Below, one piece after another: positions 37,768 through 48,492 of a stretch of 64,000 bases of DNA (position 1 is the first letter of the stretch; every line of letters begins with the position of its first letter). Source of the stretch: Candidatus Oxydemutatoraceae bacterium (GTDB taxonomy: Bacteria; Pseudomonadota; Gammaproteobacteria; Poriferisulfidales; Oxydemutatoraceae). The notes below the pieces were generated by a model. The model ran no database searches and was not told the DNA's origin. It was given only the letters and a program-made list of their open reading frames with translations. The stretch is from positions 32,001 to 96,000 of the forward strand of contig CBDCOZ010000002.1 in the NCBI GenBank assembly GCA_965220085.1, in the 5' to 3' direction. A program made the position numbers and the translations under genes.

Positions 37768-39348
37768 CGCTTGCGTTGCGGGTGTTTTATGATCGCACGG
37801 ACGAAACACGCCACTCGGATTTTGATTGTGCTGTCGGCGCTGACGCCGGCGCTCTCCGCTTGCATGAGCGATTGGCGCAACGCAGCGCTCGCGGGTGTTT
37901 TATGATCGTGCGAATGAAACACGCCGCTCGGGTTTTGATTGTGCTGTCGGCGCTGACGCCGGCGCTCTCCGCTTGCATGAGCGATTGGCGCAACGCAGCG
38001 CTCGCGAGAGTTTTATGATCGTGCGGATGAAACACGCCGCTCGGATTTTGATTGTGCTGTCGGCGCTGCCGCCGGCGCTCTCCGGCTGCATGAACGATTG
38101 GCGCAACACAGCGCTCGCAGGTGTTTTATGATCGTGCGAATGAAACACGCCGCTCGGATTTTGATTGTGCTGTCGGCGCTGCCGCCGGCGCTCTCCGCTT
38201 GCATGAGCGATTGGCGCAACGCAGCGCTCGCGAGAGTTTTATGATTGTGCGGATGAAACACACCGCTCGGATTTTGATTGTGCTATTGGCGCTGACACCG
38301 GCGCTCTCCGGTTGCATGAGCGATTGGCGCAACGCAGCGCTCGCGAGAGTTTTATGATCGTGCGGATGAAACACGCCACTCGGATTTTGATTGTGCTGTC
38401 GGCGCTGACGCCGGCGCTCTCCGCTTGCATGAGCGATTGGCGCAACACAGCGCTCGCGGGTGTTTTATAATCGTGCGAATGAAACACGCCGCTCGGATTT
38501 TGATTGTGCTGTCGGCGCTGATGCCGGCGCTCTCCGCTTGCATGAGCGATTGGCGCAACGCAGCGCTCGCGAGAGTTTTATGATCGTGCGGATGAAACAC
38601 GCCGCTCGGATTTTGATTGTGCTGTCGGCGCTGCCGCCGGCGCTCTCCGGCTGCATGAACGATTGGCGCAACACAGCGCTCGCAGGTGTTTTATGATCGC
38701 GCGAATGAAACACGCCACGCGGATTTTGATTGTGCTGTCGGCGCTGATGCCGGCGCTCTCCGCTTGCATGAGCGATTGGCGCAACGCAGCGCTCGCGAGA
38801 GTTTTATGATTGTGCGGATGAAACACACCGCTCGGATTTTGATTGTGCTATTGGCGCTGACACCGGCGCTCTCCGGTTGCATGAGCGATTGGCGCAACGC
38901 AGCGCTCGCGAGAGTTTTATGATCGTGCGGATGAAACACGCCACGCGGATTTTGATTGTGCTGTCGGCGCTGATGCCGGCGCTCTCCGCTTGCATGAGCG
39001 ATTGGCGCCAATAGCGCTCGCAGGTGTTTTATAATCGTGCGGATGAAACACGCCACTCGGATTTTGATTGTGCTATTGGCGCTGACACCGGCGCTCTCCG
39101 CTTGCATGAGCGATTGGCGCAACGCAGCGCTCGCAGGTGTTTTATGATCGTGCGGATGAAACATGCCGCTCGGATTTTGATTGTGCTGTCGGCGCTGATG
39201 CCGGCGCTCTCCGCTTGCATGAGCGACTGGCGCAACGCAGCGCTCGCGGGTGTTTTATGATCGCACGGACGAAACACGCCACTCGGATTTTGATTGTGCT
39301 GGCGGCGCTGACGCCGGCGCTCTCCGCTTGCATGAGCGATTGGCGCAT
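37768..39348 (+). repeat. 113-bp tandem array, 14 copies, each a lipoprotein-signal minigene
   Basis: Unit starts at 37789, 37902, 38015 ... 39144, 39257 (one unit is 112 bp); the last copy is the 5' end of the DUF3750 gene. Confidence 0.95.
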
Positions 39349-39814
39349 GGCATCGCGCGAGTCAATCGGCATCGCACCGCTTGCCGCCGACGAACCGGAG
39401 GCGGTGGTGCAAGTGTATGCGGCGGCGACGTTCGGATGGCGCGGCTGGTTTGCCGATCACACATGGGTCGCGACCAAGTCGGCGCAAGCCGAGCAGTACA
39501 CGGTCTATGAAGTGCTCGGCTGGCGGATCTATCGCGGCGACCCGATCGTGCGGATTGCGCAGGACTTGCCGGATCGCAAATGGTTCGGCTCCGAACCGAG
39601 AATCCTGATCGATCTGCGCGGCGCGGTGGCGGAGGCGGTCGCGGAAAAAGTGGACGAAGCCGCGCGCAGCTATCCGTATCACAACAAGTACCGCATGTGG
39701 CCGGGCCCAAACAGCAACACCTTCACCGCCTGGATCGCACACCAAGTCCCGGAGTTAGGGCTGGACTTGCCGCCGCGCGCCATCGGCAAGTCCTACCCGT
39801 TGGAGGCACACTAA
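39257..39814 (+). CDS. DUF3750 family lipoprotein
   Basis: Lipobox LSAC; EAVVQVYAA..GWRG.F..HTW; Y..WPGPNSNTF; AIGK. Confidence 0.85.
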   Translation: MIARTKHATRILIVLAALTPALSACMSDWRMASRESIGIAPLAADEPEAVVQVYAAATFGWRGWFADHTWVATKSAQAEQYTVYEVLGWRIYRGDPIVRIAQDLPDRKWFGSEPRILIDLRGAVAEAVAEKVDEAARSYPYHNKYRMWPGPNSNTFTAWIAHQVPELGLDLPPRAIGKSYPLEAH

Positions 39815-39832
39815 CTTCCGCCGGATAACTCC

Positions 39833-41200
39833 GTGAGCCGCCTGCCAGACAACGCGACGATTGCGGCGGTTGCCACGCCCGCGGGCTACGGCGGTGTCGG
39901 CATCGTGCGCATCAGCGGCGCGCGCGCGCGCACAATCGGTTTGCAACTGACCGCGCGACGCGCGCTGCAAGACCGCCGCGCGACCTTCTGCCGCTTCATC
40001 GCCGCCGACGGCGAGCCGATAGACGAAGGCATCGCCCTGCTGTTTGCGCGACCCCGCAGTTACACCGGCGAAGATGTGTTTGAAGCGCACGCCCACGGCG
40101 GCCCGGTCGTGTTAGAAATGCTGCTCGCCCGCGTCCTTGAATTGGGCGCGCGAATGGCCGAACCCGGCGAGTTCAGCCGGCGCGCGTTTCTCAACGGCAA
40201 GCGCGACCTCGCCCAACTGTCGGCGGTTGCCGACTTGATTAACAGCGCCAGCCAACAGGCCGCGCGCAGCGCCCGCCGTGTCGTGCAAGGCGAGTTCTCC
40301 GCGCAGGTGCGGGTCGTGTGCGAGGAGCTCAAGTCGTTGCGGGCGCTGATCGAGGCGACGCTGGATTTTCCCGACGAGGAAGACGTAACGGAAGACAACA
40401 CCCTGCAACAAACCTTGTGCGCCCGCGTCAAGGCGCTGGCACAGGCGGTGGCCGAGTTAGAACGGCGGGCGACGGGCGGGATGCGCTTGCACGAGGGCCT
40501 GGAGTTGGTCATCGCCGGCCAACCCAATGTCGGCAAGTCCAGTTTGCTCAACTGCCTCGCGCAGCGCGAGACGGCCATCGTCTGCGATGCGCCGGGGACG
40601 ACACGCGATGTCGTGCGGTGCGATATTTTGATCGACGGCATGCCGATGCGCGTTCTGGACACCGCAGGGCTTCGCCCGGGCGCCGATGCGGCGGAGCGCG
40701 AAGGCATTCGCCGGGCGCATCAAGCGATGGAGAGCGCCGATGTGGTGGTCGTCTTGGCGGATGCGACGGCGGGGCTTGGCGCGGCGGGGCGCGAGTTGCT
40801 GGATAAGTTGGCCGCCGCCGGCGCCAATGTGATCACCGCGTTGAATAAGAGCGACCTGCTCAAAGCGCCGCCGCCGGAGTCGGACACATTATATGTGTCT
40901 GCCAAAACCGGCGCCGGCATCGCTGCGCTGTGTGCGGCGATCAAAGAGAAAGCGGGGGTTGTCGATCTCGGCGAGGATACGCTGGTCGTGCAACGGCGGT
41001 ATCTGGATGCGTTGAGTCATGCGCGCAAAAACTTGGCGGCGCTCGCGCACAATCTTACGACAAGCGATGCCGATGTAGCGCTTGACATGCTCGCTCAAGA
41101 CTTGCGCGACACGCATCAAAGTTTGTCCGCGCTGCTCGGCGAGTACGCCACCGAGGACATGCTGGGCGATATCTTCTCGCGGTTTTGCATCGGCAAATAA
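39833..41200 (+). CDS. mnmE: tRNA modification GTPase MnmE
   Basis: IAAVATP.G.GG, SYTGED, GQPNVGKSS, GTTRD, DTAG, NKSD, FSRFCIGK. Confidence 0.97.
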   Translation: MSRLPDNATIAAVATPAGYGGVGIVRISGARARTIGLQLTARRALQDRRATFCRFIAADGEPIDEGIALLFARPRSYTGEDVFEAHAHGGPVVLEMLLARVLELGARMAEPGEFSRRAFLNGKRDLAQLSAVADLINSASQQAARSARRVVQGEFSAQVRVVCEELKSLRALIEATLDFPDEEDVTEDNTLQQTLCARVKALAQAVAELERRATGGMRLHEGLELVIAGQPNVGKSSLLNCLAQRETAIVCDAPGTTRDVVRCDILIDGMPMRVLDTAGLRPGADAAEREGIRRAHQAMESADVVVVLADATAGLGAAGRELLDKLAAAGANVITALNKSDLLKAPPPESDTLYVSAKTGAGIAALCAAIKEKAGVVDLGEDTLVVQRRYLDALSHARKNLAALAHNLTTSDADVALDMLAQDLRDTHQSLSALLGEYATEDMLGDIFSRFCIGK

Positions 41201-42340
41201 GTCGTCACGGCGCGGGCCGGCGGATGCGCAGATACGCCGGATGGCGCGGCAAGCCGTTGCGCGTCAAGCCCTGATAGGGGGAGTTGTCAATCTCGGCGAG
41301 GACGCGCTGGTCGTGCAACGGCGGTATCTGGATGCGTTGAGTCATGCGCGCAAAAACTTGGCGGCGCTCGCGCACAATCTTACGACAAGCGATGCCGATG
41401 TAGCGCTTGACATGCTCGCTCAAGACTTGCGCGACACGCATCAAAGTTTGTCCGCGCTGCTCGGCGAGTACGCCACCGAGGACATGTTGGGCGATATCTT
41501 CTCGCGGTTTTGCATCGGCAAATAAGTCGTCACGGCGCGGGCCGGCGGATGCGCAGATACGCCGGATGGCGCGGCAGGCCGTTGCGCGTCAAGCCCTGAT
41601 AGGGGGAGTTGTCAATCTCGGCGAGGACGCGCTGGTCGTGCGGGGGCGGTATTTGGATGCGCTCGGTCATGCGCGCAAAAACTTGGCGGCGCTCGCGCAC
41701 AATCTTACGACAAGCGATGCCGATGTAGCGCTTGACATGCTCGCTCAAGACTTGCGCGACACGCATCAAAGTTTGTCCGCGTTGCTCGGCGAGTACGCCA
41801 CCGAGGACATGTTGGGCGATATCTTCTCGCGGTTTTGCATCGGCAAATAAGTCGTCACGGCGCGGGCCGGCGGATGCGCAGATACGCCTCGCGGTTTTGC
41901 ATCGGCAAGTAAGCCGTCACGGTGCGGGCCGGCGGATGCGCAGATACACTGGATGGCGCGGCAGGCCGTTGCGCGTCAAACCCTGATAGCGGTAAGTAAT
42001 CGTCGCGCCGACCGGCGCTGGTCGTGCGGGGGCGGTATTTGGATGCGCTCGGTCATGCGCGCAAAGACTTGGCAGCGCTCGCGCACAAACTCACGACAAG
42101 CGATGCCGGGTTAGCGCTTGACATGCTCACGCAAGACTTGCGCGACACCCATCAAAGTTTGTCCGCGTTGCTCGGCGAGTACGCCACCGAGGACATGTTG
42201 GGCGATATCTTCTCGCGGTTTTGCATCGGCAAGTAAGCCGTCACGGCGCGGGCCGGCGGATGCGCAGATACACCGGATGGCGCGGCAGGCCGTTGCGCGT
42301 CAAACCCTGATAGCGGTAAGTAATCGTCGCGCCGACCGGC
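40955..42340. repeat. 325-bp tandem duplication of the convergent mnmE/ligase 3'-end junction
   Basis: FCIGK-stop recurs at 41200, 41525, 41850, (partial ~41911) and 42236. The ligase C-terminus (..YLRIRRPAP-stop) recurs on the minus strand. Confidence 0.95.
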
Positions 42341-43140
42341 GGCGGGTCTTTGCGTTGCGCATCCGACAGGCCGCTGCCGATGCGAAAGACGCGCCCTTGC
42401 GGGGTGCGCACCCGCAGCGAGCCGGTCATGCCGGCGTATTTGCCGCGCCCCGGGCGGTGGCCGATAACGGTCGCTTCGGCATCATAAAACGGTTTGTATT
42501 TGAGCAAGTCTCTGCTGCGCCCGCTTTGATGATAGGAGTCTATCCGCCGCAACATCAGCCCTTCGCCGCCGCCGGCAACGGTCTCGTCAAAGAGCGCTTG
42601 CAACGCTTCGCGCGAGGCGACGGGCCGCTGTCGCACGACTTGCCAGAAAGCGTTTTTACTGGCGGCGACAAGCGCGCGCAGCGCCGCCTGCCGCTGCCGA
42701 AATGTTCCGGCGTGTGCGGGCAGGTCAAACACCATGAAACGAATCTCGCGCCAGCCATCGTGCGGTTGCTGTTTGCGCACGACCGAGACGGTCGCCTCAA
42801 ACTGCCCGCGCCCCAACCACAACTCACCGTCCAGCGCTGTGGCGGGAAGGTCGGCGACGAACCAGTGCGGCGCGGCGAACACATTGCCGCTGCGCGAGCG
42901 CAATCGTTGCCCGTCCCACACCGCGCGCACGCCATCGTATTTTTCACTGACCCAATACTCGGCGAGGTCCACCGTGTTGTCGTCGGGGCGATAGGCGTCG
43001 GCGAGCGACACTTCGGGCGCTGCTTTGGTCGCATCCGCCGCGTCCGCAACGGGGTGCGGTATCGCAACGCCGACGGCGAAGATCGCGCAGGCAATCAGGT
43101 TTGTCGTGCGCGTGAAAGTAACTGTAAAAATGTTCATCAT
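42241..43140 (-). CDS. Minimal ATP-dependent DNA ligase (Lig E type) with predicted signal peptide
   Basis: SEKYDGVRA, LDGELW, EGLML, LLKYK, OB-fold GSG, G.PR.P; hydrophobic N-terminus. Confidence 0.9.
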   Translation of the reverse strand: MMNIFTVTFTRTTNLIACAIFAVGVAIPHPVADAADATKAAPEVSLADAYRPDDNTVDLAEYWVSEKYDGVRAVWDGQRLRSRSGNVFAAPHWFVADLPATALDGELWLGRGQFEATVSVVRKQQPHDGWREIRFMVFDLPAHAGTFRQRQAALRALVAASKNAFWQVVRQRPVASREALQALFDETVAGGGEGLMLRRIDSYHQSGRSRDLLKYKPFYDAEATVIGHRPGRGKYAGMTGSLRVRTPQGRVFRIGSGLSDAQRKDPPPVGATITYRYQGLTRNGLPRHPVYLRIRRPAP

Positions 43141-43394
43141 GGCCTTATAAAACACCATTACAAGGCCTGCGCCGCAACCAATATGCCGAAAGAGCCATTT
43201 TTTCCGATAAGCGGTCATGCATCATGCCGAAGCATTGCGGGGTTCCGGCTACAACACGATGCAATAGCAACACCGGCTACGGCATCAACGGTTTCTATGA
43301 AAGCGGGGATGTCTGGCGCAAGCAAAACGGTGCGCCAGATACGTGCGGAAAGTTTGCGGTTGCCATCGGGTTGCGCACTCGTCAGCTTCCAAGG

Positions 43395-43560
43395 AGCGTG
43401 TCGTGCGAGCGTTGCGGGTGGCTACGCTATCGCAGCGGGCCTGCGAGGAGGAGTGTGTCGTGCGAGCGCTGCGGGTGGCTGCGTTATCGCAGTCGGTTGC
43501 GAGAAGGGATGTGTCGTGCGAGCGCCGTGAGGTTCTTGCGCTATCGCAGCGGGCCTTCCA
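43395..43560. repeat. ~57-bp degenerate repeat x3 overlapping the adhesin 3' end
   Basis: GTGTCGTGCGAGCG....GCG.TATCGCAG recurs three times. Confidence 0.75.
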
Positions 43561-45019
43561 GAAAGACGCGCAGTCGCAAGCGCAGGTGCTCCACCAGATT
43601 GATGTTCATGGTGCGGGTTTCGGTGTTTGGGCCGCCATAGTTCATGGTGTAGGTGAAACTGGCGAAGTTGGGTGTGACTGCGGAGTCGGGCGGGGGGTAA
43701 TAGATGAGCCTTTGTACTGTGTTAGCCAGGAGGTTGCTGCCTCTTCTGTTGGTGATGGGCCTGGATGCGCCTGCAAGATGCAATGTGCCGGTGCCGGATT
43801 CTATGGTGGTGACTATTCTGATGCTGACCAGCATGCCGACATCCTCGCCCGGGAATGCGAAGTCGGATGGCTTGAACCTGTAGGGCTCTGATTCGCTGGC
43901 GGTAATCGGCACACTCACCGAATTGGCTCTGGCGATGACGTTGCCTGCGGAACAGCGCATCTCGGCGGTGTTTATGCCGTCGGTGAAACGGAGGCAGGCA
44001 CGGATGTATTGGCCGACATGTTCCCGCGCGGGCGTGAAGGTGGCGACGGTGGCCCCGTCGATGTCGGCGTATGTGCCGGCCTGGGCGAGGGCGGATTGCC
44101 ATTGCCAACTGCGTCTGTGGGTGGGGATGCCGTTGGCATCGGCTACGGTGCCTATGCCGGCGGTCAGTTCCACGCCTTCGTGATAGGCGATGCCCGATGC
44201 CGCTGTCACAGTCGCTGTGCCGGTGGCCGGCACTGCCGTGGCCGGCACCAAATCAATGGTGATGGTGCCATTGTTACTGCAACAATTTGTAGCGAAGATT
44301 GTTTCAGTCCTTATTGAATATTCAAAATTGGCATAGCCCGCCATGGCCGTGGCCCCATCGGGCGGCGTGTATGTGACAAGACCCTCTGCAAGTTCTTGAG
44401 CGGTAAAGCTCTGACCGGCGGATACGCTGTTGGAAATACCGGTAACACTAACAGTCATGGCTCCAAGGGCGGGCACAGATTGTGCGACCATCACTCCTAG
44501 CGCACTACCATCTTCATCGGTAAACGGGAAGTCATCCGCCGAGAAGACATATCTGCCGCCCGCCCGCACATAGATGGTGTTGTTATCTGCAACCGGGGCA
44601 TCATTGACATTGACCACAGCGGCGGCGGAGCTCCAGCATCGGGTCTCGTCGTTGCCGGCATCATCGTCAAAGGCGGCGCAGACGCGCAGAAACTTGCCGA
44701 CATGAGCCTGCAGGGGCGTGAAGGTGGCGGCGGTTTCCCCGGTTATGGCGGAGTAGGCGCTGTCCGCCGGGGTGCCGCTGGCCGGGGCATCGGCTTGTTG
44801 CCACTGCCAAGTCGGCGTGAAAGTGGTTATGCTGTCGGGGTCGTTTATGGTGCCCTGGGCGGCGGTCAGCACACTGTCCTCATTCGGTCCCGTCGTGGTC
44901 AGGTTGGTGCCGTCCGCCGCCGTGACGCCCGGTGTGCCAGTGGCGTTCTGCGCTTGCGCCTGAGCGCAGACAACAAACAGCGCCGGCAACAGAAGCGACC
45001 AAAGACTGCGCCGTATCAT
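43541..45019 (-). CDS. Secreted Ig-like/cadherin-like repeat protein (adhesin-like), paralog 1
   Basis: Signal peptide AQA; two WQWQ..GAT..TFTP..VG..RVC..F.D domains; NDAP..F..DF.F.D.DG cadherin-like domain. The true start may be 45087, across the G27 tract. Confidence 0.8.
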   Translation of the reverse strand: MIRRSLWSLLLPALFVVCAQAQAQNATGTPGVTAADGTNLTTTGPNEDSVLTAAQGTINDPDSITTFTPTWQWQQADAPASGTPADSAYSAITGETAATFTPLQAHVGKFLRVCAAFDDDAGNDETRCWSSAAAVVNVNDAPVADNNTIYVRAGGRYVFSADDFPFTDEDGSALGVMVAQSVPALGAMTVSVTGISNSVSAGQSFTAQELAEGLVTYTPPDGATAMAGYANFEYSIRTETIFATNCCSNNGTITIDLVPATAVPATGTATVTAASGIAYHEGVELTAGIGTVADANGIPTHRRSWQWQSALAQAGTYADIDGATVATFTPAREHVGQYIRACLRFTDGINTAEMRCSAGNVIARANSVSVPITASESEPYRFKPSDFAFPGEDVGMLVSIRIVTTIESGTGTLHLAGASRPITNRRGSNLLANTVQRLIYYPPPDSAVTPNFASFTYTMNYGGPNTETRTMNINLVEHLRLRLRVFLEGPLR

Positions 45020-45036
45020 CGTTGCCCGCCAGTGCA

Positions 45037-45067
<31 letters not shown>

Positions 45068-45510
45068 ATTAAATTTTTTCGATTCATGGTATCACTCCTA
45101 ATGTTTAGTCTTTATCTGGCAAATGCAGTCATGTAATATGTGCGCAAACAGCATTTAATGAGGCTCGGTAATAAGAGGCACAAACAACTCCGTTGTTTGT
45201 GTCCTTGATTAATCGTTTGTGGTCCCTTAAGTTGTTTGTGTGTCCTTGATTCATTGTTTGTAACTTCTTAAATTGTTTGTCCTCATAAACTGTTTGCAGA
45301 CTGTTTAATGAATGCCGCACTCTTTAATAATGAGTACTGCTACTCTTAGCGCTGTCTACTCTACCACAAAGCGCAAGTCATTTGCAAGCACATCCTGCCT
45401 CGCCCTTGTGTGACTCCATAACACCTCCGTAGCGGCATACCTTTATGGGGCATGCTCGCTCCCTTGCGCGCGCCCCGCAACATTCCCTTCTCCGCCGTGG
45501 GCTGCTTGCG

Positions 45511-47082
45511 TTATCGCAACGGGTCTTCGAGGAAGAGGCGCAACCGCAAGCGCAGGTGCTCCACCAGATGGATGTTCATCGTGCGGGTTGCGGTGTTTGT
45601 GCCGCCATAGTTCATGGTGTAGGTGAAAGTGGCGAAGCTGGGGGTGGCGACGGAGTTGGCCGGGGGATAATAGGTGAGATTTTCTATTCCAGTATCTTGT
45701 ACGGAGTCGCCGTTTTCAACGGGCATTGGTCCCGCGCGAAATATGCCCTTGCCGGATGCTATCGTGGAGACTATTCTGATGCTTCTCAGATTGCCGGTGG
45801 GATCGCCCGGGAATGCGAAGTCGGATGCCTTGAAGGTGTAGGGCATGTTTGCGTTGGCGGAGATCGCCACACTCACCGAATTGGCTCCGGTGATGACGTT
45901 GCCGGCGGTGCACAGCGTGGGGGCGGCGGCGGTGCCGCCCTCGGCGTTGCCTCTGCCGTCGGTGAAACGGAGGCAGACGCGGATGTATTGGCCGATATGG
46001 TCTTGCCCGGGCGTGAAGGTGGCGGCGGTGGCCTCGTTGATGTCGGTGTATGCGCTGGCCTGGGTGGCGGACTGTTGCCACTGCCACATCAGGTTTCTGG
46101 CGTGGGGGATGCCGTTGGCATCGGTGATGCCGGTGGTACTGGCGGTCAGTTCCACACCCGCGCTATAAGCTACCGCTGTCACCGTCGGCGCACCGGTTGC
46201 CACCGATGTCGCGGACGACACCAGAGCGAAGGTGATGGTGCCTTCGTTGTCGTCACTGGCCCTCTGTGATGCGGTTGTTACTCCGGTGACAATTCTGTAG
46301 TCAAAGCTGGCATAATTTGCCATAGGCGTGGTGGGAGCAGGAGTGGGTAACCTGTACACGAAAGTAGGGAAAGCAATGGAGCCTACGCCAAGTCCTCGCC
46401 CGCTTGGTGTATCCTCTATTTCCGCAGTAATTCTAGCACTCGTTAAAACCCCTATGCCATAATCCAACTCACCGAGGGCGGGCGCACTCTGCACAAACAG
46501 AGCGTTGACGAAACTGTCGCCATCCTCATCGGTGAACGGGAAGTCACTCGCCTTAAAACTGTAAGTAGTGGTGCCCAGCGGAATGAAAACAATGTTGTCC
46601 AGCGCAATCGGGTCATCTTGCACATTGACCACAGCGGCGGCGGAGGTCCAGCATCGGATCTCGCGGTTGTTGGCATCATCGGTAAAGGAGGCGCAGACGC
46701 GCAGAAACTTGCCGACATGGGCTTGCAACGGCGTGAAGGTGGCGGCAGTGGCTCCGGCTATGTTGGCGTAGGCGCTGGCCGTCGGGACGCCGCTAGCCGG
46801 GGCATCGGCTTGTGACCACTGCCAAGTCGGCGTGAAAGTGGTGATGGTATCGGGGTCGTCTATCATGCCTCGGGATGCGGTCAGTTGGTTGTCCTCGTTG
46901 GGGCCCATCGTAGCCAGATTGGTGCTGTCGGCCGCTGTGACCGTCGGCGCGCCAGTGGCGTTCTGTGCTTGCGCTTGTGCGCAGACGGCAAACAACGCCG
47001 GCAACATCAGCGCCCAGAGGCTGCGCCGTATCATCGTTGCGCCCCGTTGCGCGGGGGTGATATCCGAAGTTTTACGATTCAT
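45511..47082 (-). CDS. Secreted Ig-like/cadherin-like repeat protein, paralog 2
   Basis: Same architecture as paralog 1; shared C-terminus EHLRLRLR.FLE.PLR. Confidence 0.8.
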   Translation of the reverse strand: MNRKTSDITPAQRGATMIRRSLWALMLPALFAVCAQAQAQNATGAPTVTAADSTNLATMGPNEDNQLTASRGMIDDPDTITTFTPTWQWSQADAPASGVPTASAYANIAGATAATFTPLQAHVGKFLRVCASFTDDANNREIRCWTSAAAVVNVQDDPIALDNIVFIPLGTTTYSFKASDFPFTDEDGDSFVNALFVQSAPALGELDYGIGVLTSARITAEIEDTPSGRGLGVGSIAFPTFVYRLPTPAPTTPMANYASFDYRIVTGVTTASQRASDDNEGTITFALVSSATSVATGAPTVTAVAYSAGVELTASTTGITDANGIPHARNLMWQWQQSATQASAYTDINEATAATFTPGQDHIGQYIRVCLRFTDGRGNAEGGTAAAPTLCTAGNVITGANSVSVAISANANMPYTFKASDFAFPGDPTGNLRSIRIVSTIASGKGIFRAGPMPVENGDSVQDTGIENLTYYPPANSVATPSFATFTYTMNYGGTNTATRTMNIHLVEHLRLRLRLFLEDPLR

Positions 47083-47163
47083 CACTATGGTTTTTGATAA
47101 TGGCATGTCTCATGCATGTACGATAAGTGTCGTACTATACCATAAAATGCGCGTCATCCGCTC

Positions 47164-47520
47164 ATGTCTTTGTAGCTTGCCGCATTCCTTGTGCGCTCCT
47201 GATACTTGCCCTCGCCCTGCGGCGGCATAGCCTGCCCCGTCCGCAATGTCTTTGTATCTTGCGCCTCCTTGTGCGCCTGACACGCGCCCTCTCCTTGCGG
47301 CGGCACAGTGCCCGCCCCGTCCGCAATGCCTTTGTATCTTGCGCCTCCTTTGTGCGCCTGACATGCGCCTCGCCCTCGCCTGCGGCACAGCGCCCGCCCC
47401 GTCTTGGCAGGGGTTCCAGGCGGCGCCTCCGCGCATCGCTGCGGATACGGAGTCTGACCGATGATGCCGGCGGCCTGTTTGCGGGTTCCAGGCGGCGCAT
47501 CCGGGCGTTGCTGCGGATGC
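47164..47520. repeat. ~80-bp tandem repeat x3 followed by a short duplicated motif
   Basis: ATG.CTTTGTA.CTTGC..TCCTTGTGCGC..GCGGCA.AG..CCCCGTC x3; GGGTTCCAGGCGGCGC..GCTGCGGAT x2. Confidence 0.8.
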
Positions 47521-47637
47521 CGCGCAAGCGCTCGCCGACAACCTGTGCCGGGGGCGCCCGGCATGTCGGAGCATCCCACACTCTCTTATACGGGCCGGCT
47601 TGTGCTATGCTTTGCGATTCTCTGATACTTTTTGGCA

Positions 47638-48477
47638 ATGAGTTTACGGCACAAGAGCAGAATGGTTTTACTGACGGCGGTGGCGGTGCTGCTGCCGGGT
47701 TGCGGTCATGCTATCTTTGAGCGGCTTGCGTTCGCGCCGGCCGCGCGGCTGTCGCCGACACAAAACCACTGCGACTATTACGAGTACGCCGACCGCACGT
47801 GCGAGGAGATCGGCAGCCGCGAAATTTTCTTTCCGTCGCTGGATGCGCAGATCGAATTGCAGGGGTTGTTCTTTCCCAACGCGCAGTCGGATCGCATCAT
47901 CGTCTACTTTCACGGCAACGGCGGGCATGTGTATATGCGCATCCCGTATCTGGTCAAACTGTCGCAGATTGCAAACGTCTTTATCTTGAGTTATCGCGGT
48001 TACGGCAAGAGTCAGGGCAAGCCCACCGAGGCGGGCATCTATCAGGACGCGCGCGCTGCGCTGCGGTATGTGCGCGCGCAACTGGGGTTTGCTGCGGACA
48101 AGACATACTTGTACGGCGGGTCGCTGGGGGCGGCGGTGGCGATAGAGGTCGCGCAGGATGCGACCTATGCCGGACACATTTTGATTGCGCCCTTTTTGAG
48201 CGGCAAGGCGATGGCCGAGAAGCGCGGGCTGGGGTGGGTGCCGGGGCTCGGCCGTCCGTTTGATTCGGTGAACAAGGTGGCGGATATCACCGCGCCGACG
48301 TTGTTCATTCACGGCACCGAGGATGCGATCGTGCCGTATGCGCAGGGCTACGCGCTCTATCAGGCGTTCCCGGGACGCAAGACGTTTAAGACGGTGGAGG
48401 GCGCCGGGCATACCGGCTTGATCCGCCATGTCGGCGATGAGTATTGGCGGTGGCTGCGGGAGTTCGTCGCGCCATAA
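47638..48477 (+). CDS. Alpha/beta hydrolase lipoprotein (ABHD/Bem46-like)
   Basis: LPGC lipobox, YFHGNGG, YRGYG.S.G.P.E, GGSLG, HGTED, GAGH. Confidence 0.9.
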   Translation: MSLRHKSRMVLLTAVAVLLPGCGHAIFERLAFAPAARLSPTQNHCDYYEYADRTCEEIGSREIFFPSLDAQIELQGLFFPNAQSDRIIVYFHGNGGHVYMRIPYLVKLSQIANVFILSYRGYGKSQGKPTEAGIYQDARAALRYVRAQLGFAADKTYLYGGSLGAAVAIEVAQDATYAGHILIAPFLSGKAMAEKRGLGWVPGLGRPFDSVNKVADITAPTLFIHGTEDAIVPYAQGYALYQAFPGRKTFKTVEGAGHTGLIRHVGDEYWRWLREFVAP

Positions 48478-48492
48478 TCGGTCGCGTGTAAA

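Noticed and set aside
37787-39277. 78-82 aa ORFs listed across the array on both strands
   Set aside because: By-products of a period not divisible by 3; only the 38-aa frame matches the parent gene and the lipobox.
37768-39348. CRISPR array
   Set aside because: Whole 113-bp units are conserved with no unique spacers, there are no cas genes, and the unit is the 5' end of the DUF3750 gene.
41200-42240. Genomic island integrated at mnmE
   Set aside because: Only duplicated flanking gene ends lie between the copies; there is no cargo or integrase.
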